DNA of 63,933 nt, filler included, from Mitosporidium daphniae (lineage: Eukaryota), in assembly GCF_000760515.2 (NCBI RefSeq). It is 3 parts of 3 records of this genome, joined end to end, with 100 filler letters (N's around TTAATTAATTAA, not from the genome) between each part and the next. Parts side by side here need not be neighbours in the genome. Positions count along the whole stretch, not along the records: positions 43,770 to 63,933 come from NW_013546133.1; 2 more parts are not named here. One strand, written 5' to 3'. The notes beneath the pieces are model-generated. The model saw only the letters and a list, made by a program, of their open reading frames with translations, was not told the DNA's origin and did no database searches. Shown here piece by piece: positions 45,083 through 56,913 of this stretch. The translations under genes and the position numbers were made by a program. Position 1 is the first letter of the stretch; each line of letters opens with the position of its first letter.

Positions 45083-45800
45083 ATGCTCCTGTTATATTTG
45101 GCCATTTGCTGCGGCCTTTTTGTCAATTCTTGCCGGGGAATACATTTTTACCTCGAGCCAAATCAGAAAAGGTGTTTCATTGAGCATCTTCCTCGCCATA
45201 CGGTATTTTTAGGTTAAGTAGCCTTCCTTACATATTAATTTAGGTGTTTATTCAACCCAAGTTTACAATCCCTACACGAACAAATACACAGACGATCCAT
45301 TATCCAGTGTAAGCATTATTGTCGATAGCGAAAGGGAAAATCTGCTCAAGCAAACGGGCTCCTCAAGCGATCGTTTCTTTTTTACATCTGGGGAACACTC
45401 TGAACATATTATCTGTCTTTCCTCCAATAATCCTACCTTGGGATCGCAAAATGGTTGGTGGAGCCAGGGATCATCAGGCAGCTCCAACATGCAGGGCTCA
45501 ATTAAAATGACATTTGAGGTGTTTATTGGCGATCCAGGAGAGCCTTCTATTGTCTCCCCAATTGAAGCAAAGGTTGCCGGTCTCGCGCAAACAGTTTCTC
45601 AGCTGAATACTCTTGTCTCTGAAATAAGAAGGGAACAGTATTTACATAGAGAAAGAGAAGCTGAATTCAGATCGCTCTCAGAATATGTAAACGGACAGGT
45701 TGTATGGTGGACAATTGCCCAAATCTTGGTGCTTACTGGCGTTGCATCCTGGCAGGTTAAGAGATTGGGAAGGACATTGCGCACCAAGAGATTGATATGA
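45083..45800 (+). CDS. p24/emp24/gp25L family cargo receptor (alpha-like), with introns
   Basis: Signal peptide, IHFYL.....RCF.E, EQ.L.REREAEFR.LSE.VN..VVWW.I.Q, C-terminal L..KRLI. Confidence 0.88.
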
Positions 45801-45873
45801 GGTCTTAAATAAATTTGAAGAAAGCTAGCAAATTGGGTTGGATTTGGTTGAATCCCTACGCTAGCCGTAAGAG

Positions 45874-46807
45874 TTAGTGCAAACGTAGACGAGCCACTTG
45901 ATGTAAGGGGCCTCCCAGGAGCGCAAGACTAATCTTGAAATTTAATATTAAATCTGGAACCGTGCATGTAGACAAGTAGTACACCTTTTTCTCATAAGTA
46001 GCCGCTGTTTTTAGCCGCAAGGCAGGCTTTCTGGTTGCAATGAATGTTATTTTAAGCAACACATAGGAGTCTTTCCAAGAGAACCTTGGTTTGCCTTTCT
46101 CAAATAAGTGTTCCTTGACCTCGAAAACCATTCAATTAGATGCTTCGAAAGTCCCTTCAACAGCAAGGATAACCTTATGTACATCAAATCAGACTAAATA
46201 ATAAGAAACCTACTGTCGGGAAGTCTAACACAAGGCTTCCCGACAATATAAAATCCGGACTGAGAAAATTCATATTATTAAAAGTAACTTCAAGGCCCTT
46301 AGAATAGACAAGCTAGAGCTTTCAGGGTTCATCTGGTGCTTTGATGACAAAGATATTTGCGAGCGCCCGGTTGCCATTATAAATGTGCTCCGAATGCAAG
46401 TGTTTCGCAGATGCAAGAAAATCTGTAAATGCCTCAATCAATTCTGGGCTTTTTCTGAGCTCGTAAGCCCTTCTAATAAAGGAATTTACGGAGTCTGAAA
46501 GATCGGTGTGTTTGGTCAAAAGTGCAAGGGGTTTGCTTGAAAGGCTTCCAAAAAAGTCTACTTGTGCACTAATGAGAATATCTTTTTGATAGATAAAATA
46601 GTTGATCCGATACCTATTGAAATAGCTCGAGATTCCAGCTTTATCAAAAAGAACGCAAATTTTATTGTAACTTGTTTTTATTAGAGGCTCAGTTGTGGCA
46701 TTTGGAGACAATTGAAAACTCGGATGGTTTGAAGTGGTAACTGCCGCATGAAAATGGCTTTCCGCATCATTAGTATTCTTGGGGGTTCTATTATGTGCAA
46801 TATTCAC
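45874..46807 (-). pseudogene. Degenerate protein-kinase-like remnant (tentative)
   Basis: HLHSEHIYNGNRALANIFV resembles a catalytic loop (HLH...I.H.D....NI) lacking the Asp; frames are broken by stops and no clean start is found. Confidence 0.25.
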
Positions 46808-47181
46808 AATTTTATGTCAAAGTACGGCAGATATCAATACAAAAGAATTCCGCTAGCAGCTATTGCTGTGCAAAAGAAATTTCAAATTGGTGAGTTGTCG
46901 ACTGAATTTGCACAGGGCATTGCTTTTAAAGGCTCATCATGCTGGATATGCTAATACACCACACTGGAATATAACATCCACAACTTTACGCCATGTTTGA
47001 GCTGTAATCGCACTCTTGTTATTTGCAACTATGTGCACCACCTTGGCTGCTTGATATCGGTAAGGAACGTTGGTGCGACTCGCATTCAATTTGGTTAAAT
47101 TTTAATTCCGTTGGAGGGTTAAGGGGACTCTCAAATTCACCCAACAAACTTTTATTTGCAACCTTTTCTTGTTATAAATTT

Positions 47182-47856
47182 ATGGAAGCTTCAGAAGCCT
47201 GTTCATCGCATTCCTCTTCTTTGGATGCACACAATGAATGTCCATACCGGGAAAAAAAGTCAAATATTAATCCGTGCACATTGATGCCACATCCCGAAAT
47301 CTTGAACGCAACTTCAATTGACGGGATTTCATCTCCGCTCTCAAAAGGCCTATCCACAGAGAGGGAATCAAGCACGATCCCCAAAGTAACTGCACCTGGA
47401 CATGTTGATGAAACATGGAAGTATCCATCTCCCCGAATGTTTTATCATGCTCTTTTAAGGAAAGGCTACGCCACAGATCCACAAGATATTGACAGCATGT
47501 TATTTATTCACAATCAATTAAACGAGGGGGTCTGGAAACACATTTTGGAGTGGGAAAACTTTATGCAACCCAACGCTACTGGCAGATGCCAACCGCTGCT
47601 AAAAAGCTTTCAAGGGCGGCCTCAAAAGCTGTCTCCAAAGGCCTGGTTTGCCCACAAATTCCTAGGCGCCGATAAGCCGTTTGATAGACACGATTGGGTG
47701 ATTGAGCGCTGCGGAAAAAAAGTTAGATATGTTATTGACTACTACGAAAACGGAGTTGACCAATCCGGCTCTCCAACTATGAATGTATGTGTTAGGCCTG
47801 CATTAGACAGCATTGAATCAATTTTCTATCGCTTCCGTCGATTTCTTGACAGCTAA
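47182..47856 (+). CDS. CYC3: Holocytochrome c synthase (cytochrome c/c1 heme lyase)
   Basis: CP heme motif, LSTERE.STIP, W.YPSP.MFY.A..RKG, HN..NE..W..IL.WE, PFDRHDW...RCG..VRYVIDYY. Confidence 0.93.
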   Translation: MEASEACSSHSSSLDAHNECPYREKKSNINPCTLMPHPEILNATSIDGISSPLSKGLSTERESSTIPKVTAPGHVDETWKYPSPRMFYHALLRKGYATDPQDIDSMLFIHNQLNEGVWKHILEWENFMQPNATGRCQPLLKSFQGRPQKLSPKAWFAHKFLGADKPFDRHDWVIERCGKKVRYVIDYYENGVDQSGSPTMNVCVRPALDSIESIFYRFRRFLDS

Positions 47857-48000
47857 CAGACAACTGAATGGCGATGGACGTGGAAATGGGGATCCAGGTG
47901 GCGATGGCGATCACGGTGGAAATGGAGATGGATATTTGTTAATTTAAATTTTGAGTAAATTTACAAACTAAATTTGCGTGTGAGCGCCTAGTAATTCATA

Positions 48001-51000
48001 ATGCTTCAAGAAGCAGATCCTCAATGTTCTGCTAGTGGCTCCACATCTACCGATCGGTGTGACTTTTCTTCGGAGGAAGAAAAAATACTCCAATTCTGGG
48101 ACTCCATTGATGCCTTTAATCTTTCAAAAGAACTATCTAAAGATAGGCCTCTTTGGACGTTTTATGACGGACCTCCATTTGCTACCGGTCTTCCTCACTA
48201 TGGACACATACTTGCTGGAACCATTAAGGATGTCGTTTGTAGATATGCATATCAGAACGGATACAAGGTACCCCGTCGGTTTGGATGGGACTGCCACGGT
48301 CTTCCTGTGGAGCACGAAATTGACAAGAAATTAAACATTACCTGCAAGGCCGATATTGAGAAGCTTGGTGGAATTGCCATCTATAACCAGGCCTGTCGAG
48401 AGATTGTCACCCGTTACACTTCAGAGTGGGAAAGCACCGTGCGCCGTACCGGTCGTTGGATTGATTTCAAAAATGACTATAAGACCATGTATCCTTCGTT
48501 CATGGAGAGTGTTTGGTGGGTGTTCAAATCTCTGTGGAATAAAGATCTGGTTTATCAGGGACACAAGGTTTGTTTCGACTTTTATTGTAGGTGTTGCCAT
48601 ACTCCACTGCCTGCACTTCGCCCCTGTCAAATTTCGAGGCCAACTTGAATTACAAGGACATTGTCGATCCCACTGTCATTGTGTCTCTTCCGCTTGTCGA
48701 CCGCCCGGAAACAAGTCTTTTGGTATGGACCACCACTCCATGGACGTTACCTTCTAACTTGGCGGTTATTGCCAATCCAGATCTTCTCTACGTCGAGGTC
48801 CTGGATACAGAGACATCAAAAAAGTTTATTCTTGCAGATGCTCTGTTAAGCTCCATTTACAAAGATGTATCTGATACTTCCGAATCGTTCAAAAGAATTT
48901 CATCGTTCAAGGGATGCGAGCTGAAGGGATTGTCCTATCAGCAGCCGTTTCCGATATTCGAATCGCGAAGAGCCTCCCACGGAAACTTTGTTGTCATTAC
49001 GGATCCGTTCGTAACTGCAGATGCTGGAACTGGTCTTGTACATTGCGCCCCTGCCTTTGGGGAGGACGATCATCGGGTATCGCTGGCCAATAAGATCATC
49101 TCAGAGAACGAGGCTGTCCCATCTACCATTGATGAAAAGGGCCATTTTGAAGCAGGCTTTTTCGAGGGAACTTCAATTCCAGGCTCGTATTTCAAAGATG
49201 CTGATAAGGAAATTATCAAGCTGCTCAAAGCCAAAGACCGCATAGTACGCCAAACTCAACACAAGCACTCGTATCCATTTTGTTGGCGCTCAGACACACC
49301 TTTGATGTTCAAAGCGGTACCCTCTTGGTTCATACGGGTTACCGATCACATTCCCAAACTTTTGGAAAACCAAGCCAAGACTCGATGGGTTCCCGCAAAT
49401 GTTGGGGAGAAAAAGTTCACCCATTGGCTGGCTGCCGCTCACGACTGGGCTGTATCGCGAAATCGATACTGGGGCACCCCTATTCCGGTTTGGCGCTCTG
49501 CTGATGGAAAGGAAACCATTGTTATTGGAAGCATCGAAGAGTTAGCTCGCCTTGCCGGTATCCGAAGCGATTCGATCACAGATCTACACCGTGAAAGCAT
49601 TGATCACATCGAAATTCCCTCCCAAATCGATCCAAACGGACGCCCTCCATTAAGAAGAGTTGAAGAGGTCTTTGATTGCTGGTTTGAATCTGGCTCAGTT
49701 CCCTATGCCGCACAACATTATCCTTTCAGCGAAGTTTCAAATGCTGGTACGCCGGAACAACCACCGGGAACGTTCGCCTCATCATTTCCTGCTGATTTTA
49801 TTGCCGAGGGGATTGACCAGACTCGCGGATGGTTCTATACCCTTTCTGTATTAAGCACACTTTTGCTTGATAGACCCCCATTTCGAAATGTCATTGTTAA
49901 TGGCCTGATTTTAGCGGCTGATGGGAAAAAAATGTCAAAGCGATTGAAAAACTATCCAGAGCCCGAGGTGGTGATGGGGAAATTTGGTGCTGATGCGCTA
50001 AGACTTTATCTCATCAACTCCCCCGTTGTNTGTGCAGAGTTTCTAAAGTTCAAAGAGGAAGGTGTACGTGGAATTTTGAGGGATGTTTTGATCCCCTGGA
50101 CCAATACATCTCGGTTCTTTACAGAGCAGGCCTCCCTGATAAGCGCAACGTTTGCGCGCCCCATTGTTGGCCAGTTTGTCGGCAATGCGGATGAATTTGT
50201 AGGGCAGTCTTCAAGTCTTTTTTCGGATGATATCATGGATCGTTGGATCCTTTCACTCTTACAAACGCTGATTGAAGAGGTGCGTCAAGAAATGGATGCT
50301 TACCATTTGTATTCCGTGGTCCCAAAGCTGCTAACCTTTCTTTCCTCGCTGTCTAGTTGGTATTTACGTCTTTCGCGCAAGCGTGCAAAGAACGATGAAG
50401 ACAAAGAGGACCAGCTCAAGGCTCTTGGCACGCTGTTCCATGTGCTCTATTCTTTGACCATTATCATGGCACCATTCACGCCTTTTGTTGCTGAAAGTCT
50501 CTTTCAAGAGCTCTCCGGGTTTATTTCAAATGAAAAGGAGAAAAAAACATCGCCCCCGCTGCTTTCTGTCCATTTCCAGCCTTTTCCATGCGTAAATACT
50601 CTCTTGAAAGACAAATTGACAGAGGAGAGGTTTTCACTTTTCCAAGAGGCCATGGATCAAGCTAGAGCCATTAGGGAGCAAAAGAATATTTCGCTCAAAA
50701 TCCCCCTTTCTTCAATGATCATCGTTACAAACTCCCACGAGCAGCAATCACTATTGTTGCCTCTGGTTTCTTACATTTCCGTGGACTTGAATGTCCGCGA
50801 TGTCCGCATTCTGGTGGACACGGATGTTGAACATCTGGGTATCAAAATTGCCTACAAGGCGCTCCCAAATTTTTCTCTGCTTGGCCGGCGTTTGAAGACC
50901 GAGCTAGATGCGCTCCAAAAGGCTCTTAGGGAAGAAGTATGCGATTCCCATCTTCGTGCATATTTCTTGGACAAGTCAAAAGGGCTATGTGTTGGCAATA

Positions 51001-51413
51001 GATGGATCTTGTCCGAAGACGAGGTTTCGATTTCCCGCTCTGTCCTTGCTCTTCCGGAGCAATGGGAGCAGCAGAAAAACGCCTCTGCCAACCGCCAGGT
51101 CATCACACTGCTTTGCACAGAGCTTTCTGAAGATCTTCTTCAAGAAGGTGCCGCAAGAGAAATACTTTCGCGTATTCAGCAGCTCCGTAAAAAGGCTGGA
51201 CTAAAACAGAGCGACACGGTCTCCATTTACCACGATGATTTGGCATCTGGGTCGATTTTTGTCAGCCAGGCTGCATACTTTGAGCGGTCTCTGAAGAATA
51301 CGATTTTGATACCAAAGCAAACAGAGACCAATTCCCTTGAGCATGCTCTCGTCGATGAGATCATGATCTCAGATCGCCTTATCAAACTGACGCTCTCCAG
51401 CCAGTTTGAGTAG
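48001..51413 (+). CDS. ILS1: Cytosolic isoleucyl-tRNA synthetase; 23-nt intron 48568-48590
   Basis: [50 protein letters not shown]. Confidence 0.97.
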
Positions 51414-51554
51414 GCCCAATTAAATTTTACTGATCAGAAATACAGCTTTCACATTAAAGGAGTGGTGTTGACGAACAGTTTGCCTGGAAATAGTTTGCCG
51501 CGAAATAGTTTATTGAATTAAGGACAAATATCTACGAAAACAGCCGATTGCCAA

Positions 51555-52977
51555 TCAAGGCAGGCGCAAAACTCGCAGTTTCCCCTTTTCCGACTTGTTT
51601 GGAAAGGAAAGGCCGGGTGGCGGTCCATTAGGAGTAGAAACTGCCGGTGCGGTATTTTCCCGCTTTGGAAGTTCGGGAAAGGCCTCTGCGCGCGACTCTT
51701 GTCTTTTCAAGCTTTGGCTGGCTGGCAAGCTTGAGGGTTTTGACAACGGCACCTTTTCCGGAAAGGATATTTTCGGTGCAGATGCTGAAACAGATGGGGG
51801 GCCCATAGCCGATGGCCTCAAAGACGAGAGAGAGGGAAACAATTTTTCTTTCGAATGTAGCACTGCCGGCTTCCTTTTCGAAATTAAAGGCATAGACGAA
51901 TTGATGGGGGCAAGCGATGGAAAAGAGTCTTCAGATAGCACAAATGGCGTAGAAATGTCTTTCCTGGTCTCCCTGCTCGGTTCCTGTGTTGAAGAAGCTG
52001 GCGAATCCTTTTTAGACAAATCGATTGAGAGTATATGTCGATTCTGGGATCTTTGACCGCCCCTATAAAGCTCTGGATGCTGGTTGGCCATGTGGCCCTT
52101 CAGATCAATCACAGTCGAAAAGACAACAAATTTTTTTTCAAGGCAAGGCTTTTCATTGCACATAAAATGGGAATCGTGGAAATGTTGCTCCTAAGAAAAC
52201 GTAAAAATTTCCGCACTTACCAGCGATTCATAATTCTTGTAATACTGGTCCTTGATCTCATTTGAAATACATATGAAGCACGATTCGTGTGCATCCCTAC
52301 AATGGGTGTAAAGCTCATCGTTAGAGTAAAAGCGCACACTGCAAAACTTGCATTCGGGATGCCCTATTAGCTTTTTCTGGATTTGCACGATTGGAGAAGT
52401 TTGGGGAATGTTGTCTTTCCGCCTTTTCTTTTCCTCAATTGTTCTCATGTGCGAACGCAATGTGAACGGATTTTCAAATAGGGGGATCTCCTCAAAAAAT
52501 AATTTCTGGTTATCAAAGCAGATGGTACAAATGAACTTTCCATGAACCCGCTCCAAGTGTACAGGAAAGTCGGTTCTTTTTGTCAAAGCCACGTTGCAAG
52601 AAAAAATGGGACATCGTGGGTTTATCAACTCCTCACACGTCCGCCTAACCCTTTCCGTTTCGAAATAAATCTTGTATTGATTTTCCGGATCAAAAGAGAT
52701 ATAGTTCGAAGCACTTTCGGGGATTGAGACCAACTTTAAAAGAAAGTTTGGAATTGTCTCCTGTTCAACATGGCTTTCAAAAATCAAAACATTATTTGAG
52801 GACCTCTAAGCTTGATAAATCAAATTGAAGCCTAACTTTACAGAGCGGGCAAGCCATTATTTGAAAGAGGACTCTCAACCTAAGAGAGCATCTATAGCAT
52901 ATCAGATGCGAGCAAATTCCGATTGCCCAGGCCTTTACATTGACCTCCACGCAAATCTCGCAATTGGAAATTTTCAT
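51555..52977 (-). CDS. HEL2: Ribosome-collision E3 ligase Hel2/ZNF598, 2 introns
   Basis: N-terminal RING C..C...C.H..C..CSLRLR.L.....CPLCK, GHP.C.FC..RFY..DELY.HCR..H..C.IC, repeated FPSL motifs. Confidence 0.9.
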
Positions 52978-52992
52978 TTAAAAAATAAAAAA

Positions 52993-53064
52993 GGGGTCAG
53001 CCGAGAATCGAACTCGGGACCTCTCGCACCCTAAGCGAGAATTATACCACTAAACCACTGACCC
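52993..53064 (-). tRNA. tRNA-Pro (AGG)
   Basis: GGGTCAGTGGTTTAGTGGTATAATTCTCGC-TT AGG GT-GCGAGAGGTCCCGAGTTCGATTCTCGGCTGACCCC followed by T6. Confidence 0.97.
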
Positions 53065-53162
53065 AGTCTCAAGTTTAAAAAAAATAGTATCCTAACCCAA
53101 TTTTATTAGAAAAGATAGAAAAAGAGGGCAAACCTAGTAGTGTTTTGCCAATAATTTTGGGA

Positions 53163-54852
53163 TTATAATTTATTTTGCATTTCCACATATTCAAAAAGCA
53201 AGTCCAAATGCTCACTAATACCCAGTTTATAAGGCGAATATTTGTCGAGAATTTCTCGCTTGACAAGCTCTTTGGCTCCGCTATGTCTTATCAAGAGGCG
53301 TCTAATCTCTTTCTCGCTTGGAAGAGTGTAATGGGGCAAAAAAGAATGGTACTGACTGTGATCCTCTACGATCTCTCCAGCAAGCATTTTGTGGTCGCGC
53401 AGAAATTCATTTAGATCGTCAGAATCGTTCACAATTGGCCATTCTGGGGTCCTTTTGAGCTTATCGATCAGCTTAGCTTTGGTGCCAAACTCAAACGTAG
53501 CTCCAGAAAGGAAGTATCTTGTGGCTGCCAATTCCATTGTCAAGCATTTGGCCAGCGATGCTAATTGACCTCCAACTCGAAGCAATTTTACCGTCTTTCT
53601 CAGCGAATTTGGACACATCGTTTGAAGTTTTGTGAGGATTTTTTCGGAATACACAGCAGAGGGTCCCTTTGCTTCCTGAGAAATCCTCTTTAGCTTGCAG
53701 GCTATGTCTTCATAGCAATCGCTCTTGTTGAATCTGCGAATAAAAGCTAACAAACATACACATAATCGACAAACCGTCTTGAGGGAAGGTTTGAGTCTAT
53801 AGAGTTATCCGAAATTTTAAATGTCGTCTCGGGCAAGTAGGAGCCCGAAAACTCGTTTAGAATCAAATTGAAGTTGGGGTCTGAACCGTCCAGCCCAGAA
53901 AGCCTAGCAATTAGGTCTTCTATCCGGTGATGAGGAATATAATGAGTAGCCAATCCGCAATGACTAACAACGGGGTTAACAAAACGCGATTACTAAATTT
54001 GCTGGCCATGAAGACGTTCGCCGGTGAGACCCAAGAAAACACCAAGGCCGCAATCTAATTTTGGAAGGAAGTTGGTTGCTCCAACGTCTGGGTAAAATCC
54101 GATCGCAGTCTCTGGCATTGCAAACACAGATCTTTCCGTGGAAACACAAAAAGGCGCATTAATGGAAAGACCGGCACCGCCGCCAAGAGTCAATCCATCG
54201 ATTATGCTGAGAACAGGGGCTATTTTGGGGCCGGTTAGCGAAATCAAGTGGTTCAATCGATATTCCTGTTGAAAAAACTTCATGGCCTCATCAACACCAT
54301 GCTTTTTGCGTGTTTTGAGGACATCTAAAGTGTACATCAAATGGGATACCAATGACATCGCCGCCGGCGCAAAAGACGGGAGAGGCCTCATTCACCGCCC
54401 GGGCCTTGATGACAATAACCCGACATGAGGGTCTATCTCGAAGGATCTAGGAAAGTAGGTGCAGACGTTACTTGGATATACGTTGTGATCTGCTGAATCA
54501 TTTGCATTGTCAAGGAGTTCAATTTTGATGGACGGTCCAGCTCGATGATTCCTACGCTCCCCGAAATGCGCATATGGATATTTTCGCATTTGATTGCCTC
54601 CCCAGCAAGAGGCGAAATTGTATCTGAAATCTTTGAAAAGTCTCTTGATGCAAATGTACGATCCATCGATTTGGAGGGTTTAGCTTGAGATAGGCTGGTT
54701 AAATCCGTAAAATAGTCGACCGCTTGTTTGAGTTCAACGATTGATGGATACGGATTTTGAAGGTCGTTAAATTTGCTGCGTTTGTAGTATTTTAAGAACG
54801 AGAGCGGCTTCCGATGAGTAGAGAGCGCCCTGCTATAAATTCCGAGCACCAT
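53163..54852 (-). CDS. EHD3: Mitochondrial 3-hydroxyisobutyryl-CoA hydrolase-like crotonase (Ehd3/HIBCH), multi-intron
   Basis: LDRP.KLNSL...M, FCAGGDV (after splicing), FF..EY.LN, DG...GGG.GLS, FAMPETAIG.YPDVG, ATHYIP. Confidence 0.9.
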
Positions 54853-54947
54853 AAAAGTTGACCCAAACTGCAACAATGCAACTCCATTATGCCTGCCACA
54901 GAACATAACCCTAACCCTACACAAGCCAACAAATCATTGCAAATTTA

Positions 54948-56748
54948 TTAATTTTTCAAAAAGCACTTTATAGGGTTTTCTGTAGAGCTGGATTGCTTTT
55001 TCTTTTTCAACAATGGCTCAATAGACCGGCTTTTGCTAGAAGCGACATCTTTTCGGCAACTTTCATCTTTGCTGCAAATATCATGTCTGCTGAAACTATC
55101 AACGTTGCTGCAGCCATCGGAAGCGAAATGATTTTCCTCAAATAACGAATGCTTCAAGCTTGATATCGGGGCCGGGCTTGGGACAGGCTTACCGAGAGCT
55201 TTATGATACTCTGGAAATGTTGCTAGGTCTACGCTAAAGTAGTATTTGATTTTTTTCTTGATCTCATTGCTCTTAATACATTCATACGAAAACCTGGTTA
55301 TCGCTCCATTTGAAGGAACCTTGAGCAAAAATCCTTCGTTCGCCAATTTCTTTAAAATATGAGAAGATTTCTGGAAAGTAGTTCCAAGTCTTGTTGCCAA
55401 GTCCATGTGATCAGTTATGGACAGGTTGAAGGAAATAAACAACGCTCTTCTGACAAGCGATAAATCGGAACAGAATTTCAGCACCTTTGGTCGTTTTTTA
55501 TGCTGGCAATTATAACAAGTATGAGTGGACCCTTCATGGCTTGGGATCCTCTTATCAGAGTTGCTATAATATCCACAGCAGACCGTATGTTGCCAAGTAT
55601 TGCAACTGTCACAGAATATCATGGCAACATCGGGCTCTTCATAATCGGATGCACCACACGGACAACGTATAGAGTCACACGATGGCCTCGATGAAAAAAC
55701 GGCCTCAGTCGGGGGTTTTATGTCGGGGGCGAATGGATCACAGGCTGGGTATCCATAATGGTAGAGCGGTCCATTTGGGGCGAAATCGTTTCGATTGGAG
55801 AGCATACCAAATTGTTAAAATCCAAATCATCGGCTTTCACAGGCCACTCCTTGCAAGGGGCGTGCGGAAGATTGCTTTGTGATGACGATATGGGGCATGC
55901 CCCAGCTTGAAACGACTCTTTTGTGTTTTTGCTGCCATGCTCGTCGTTGGGTAGCAAATCGGACTTTGTTTGAATTTTAAGAGATATTCTAACGTAGGTA
56001 ACTAATACATCGGCAACACATACGTATGGAATGGGGTCGCTGCTTGCCCAAGATCAAATCTCAGAGAATCTGCGCCACGGGAATTGACAAAAATCTCATC
56101 TGGGCAATCAAGAAACAACGGCGGTTGGTATGAGGATGGCGTCCGATCCTCGTAGTAATATATTCGGATGGTTAAATATTTGATTGCGGGCAAGGACTAG
56201 AACAGAAACAAATCATTACCTTTAGCGTTTGGGTCAATATGCACATGGTCCTTAAAATCTGCACGGCAGAGCGCTTAAAGTCGATCTCCTTCTGGCTAAA
56301 GTGCAAAATTTCCTTGTCATTTTGTTCGATCGATAGAGATGATATGTCGGCACCAACATGGTCACTGTTGAATGGTGCATAGGCGACCTTGAAAGTATAC
56401 CATTCAAGAACATTTTTCGGGTCATCCGGATCGATGAAAATGCCAAGGTATATTGTACGCAGGTATTTTTTATCCAAGGCGTCATAAATGCCAAGCTCAA
56501 TCCAATCGAGAAAAGTATCTGCTTCTGGCGACATTCCACGGGCAAGTCTTTTCAGCGCCAGGTCGCACAAAAAGTGATCGGTAAAATTTTTCTCTTCAAA
56601 CAAATCCCTCAAGTACCCAATGCAGGAAAACGACGTGGATATCAAATGTTTCATCAGAGCTAGGCTTTGGCCTTCGCTTTGGATGATATCAACCTTTTCA
56701 TTAACCTAAGATGGTAACATCGCAACAACGGCATACCCTTAGCGCCAT
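54948..56748 (-). CDS. HOP1: Meiotic axis HORMA protein Hop1 with PHD finger and winged-helix region
   Basis: HORMA (I.YLR.LF.E..F, WIE.GIYDAL.KKYL, E.Y.F, YY...TP..YQPP.F), PHD (IRCPCG...MIFCDSC.TWQH..C.GY), C-terminal basic closure-motif-like tail. Confidence 0.9.
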
Positions 56749-56913
56749 CTTTCACGGCGTGTAATGAATTTTTTCTCCCCAACGGTGGCATGCATTAATT
56801 CATGCAAACTGCATTTTAAGGTTCTCGATATTCGAATGTTTAATTGCTACGGTGATTTGATGCGGGTGGCGTGAAGCGAGTCTGCAAGTGCAAACCACGG
56901 TGCAAACGTTAAA

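Noticed and set aside
47867..47932. GGNGAT/GGAAAT-like low-complexity tract after the heme lyase stop
   Set aside because: Short, degenerate, no clear unit or function; likely UTR slippage sequence.
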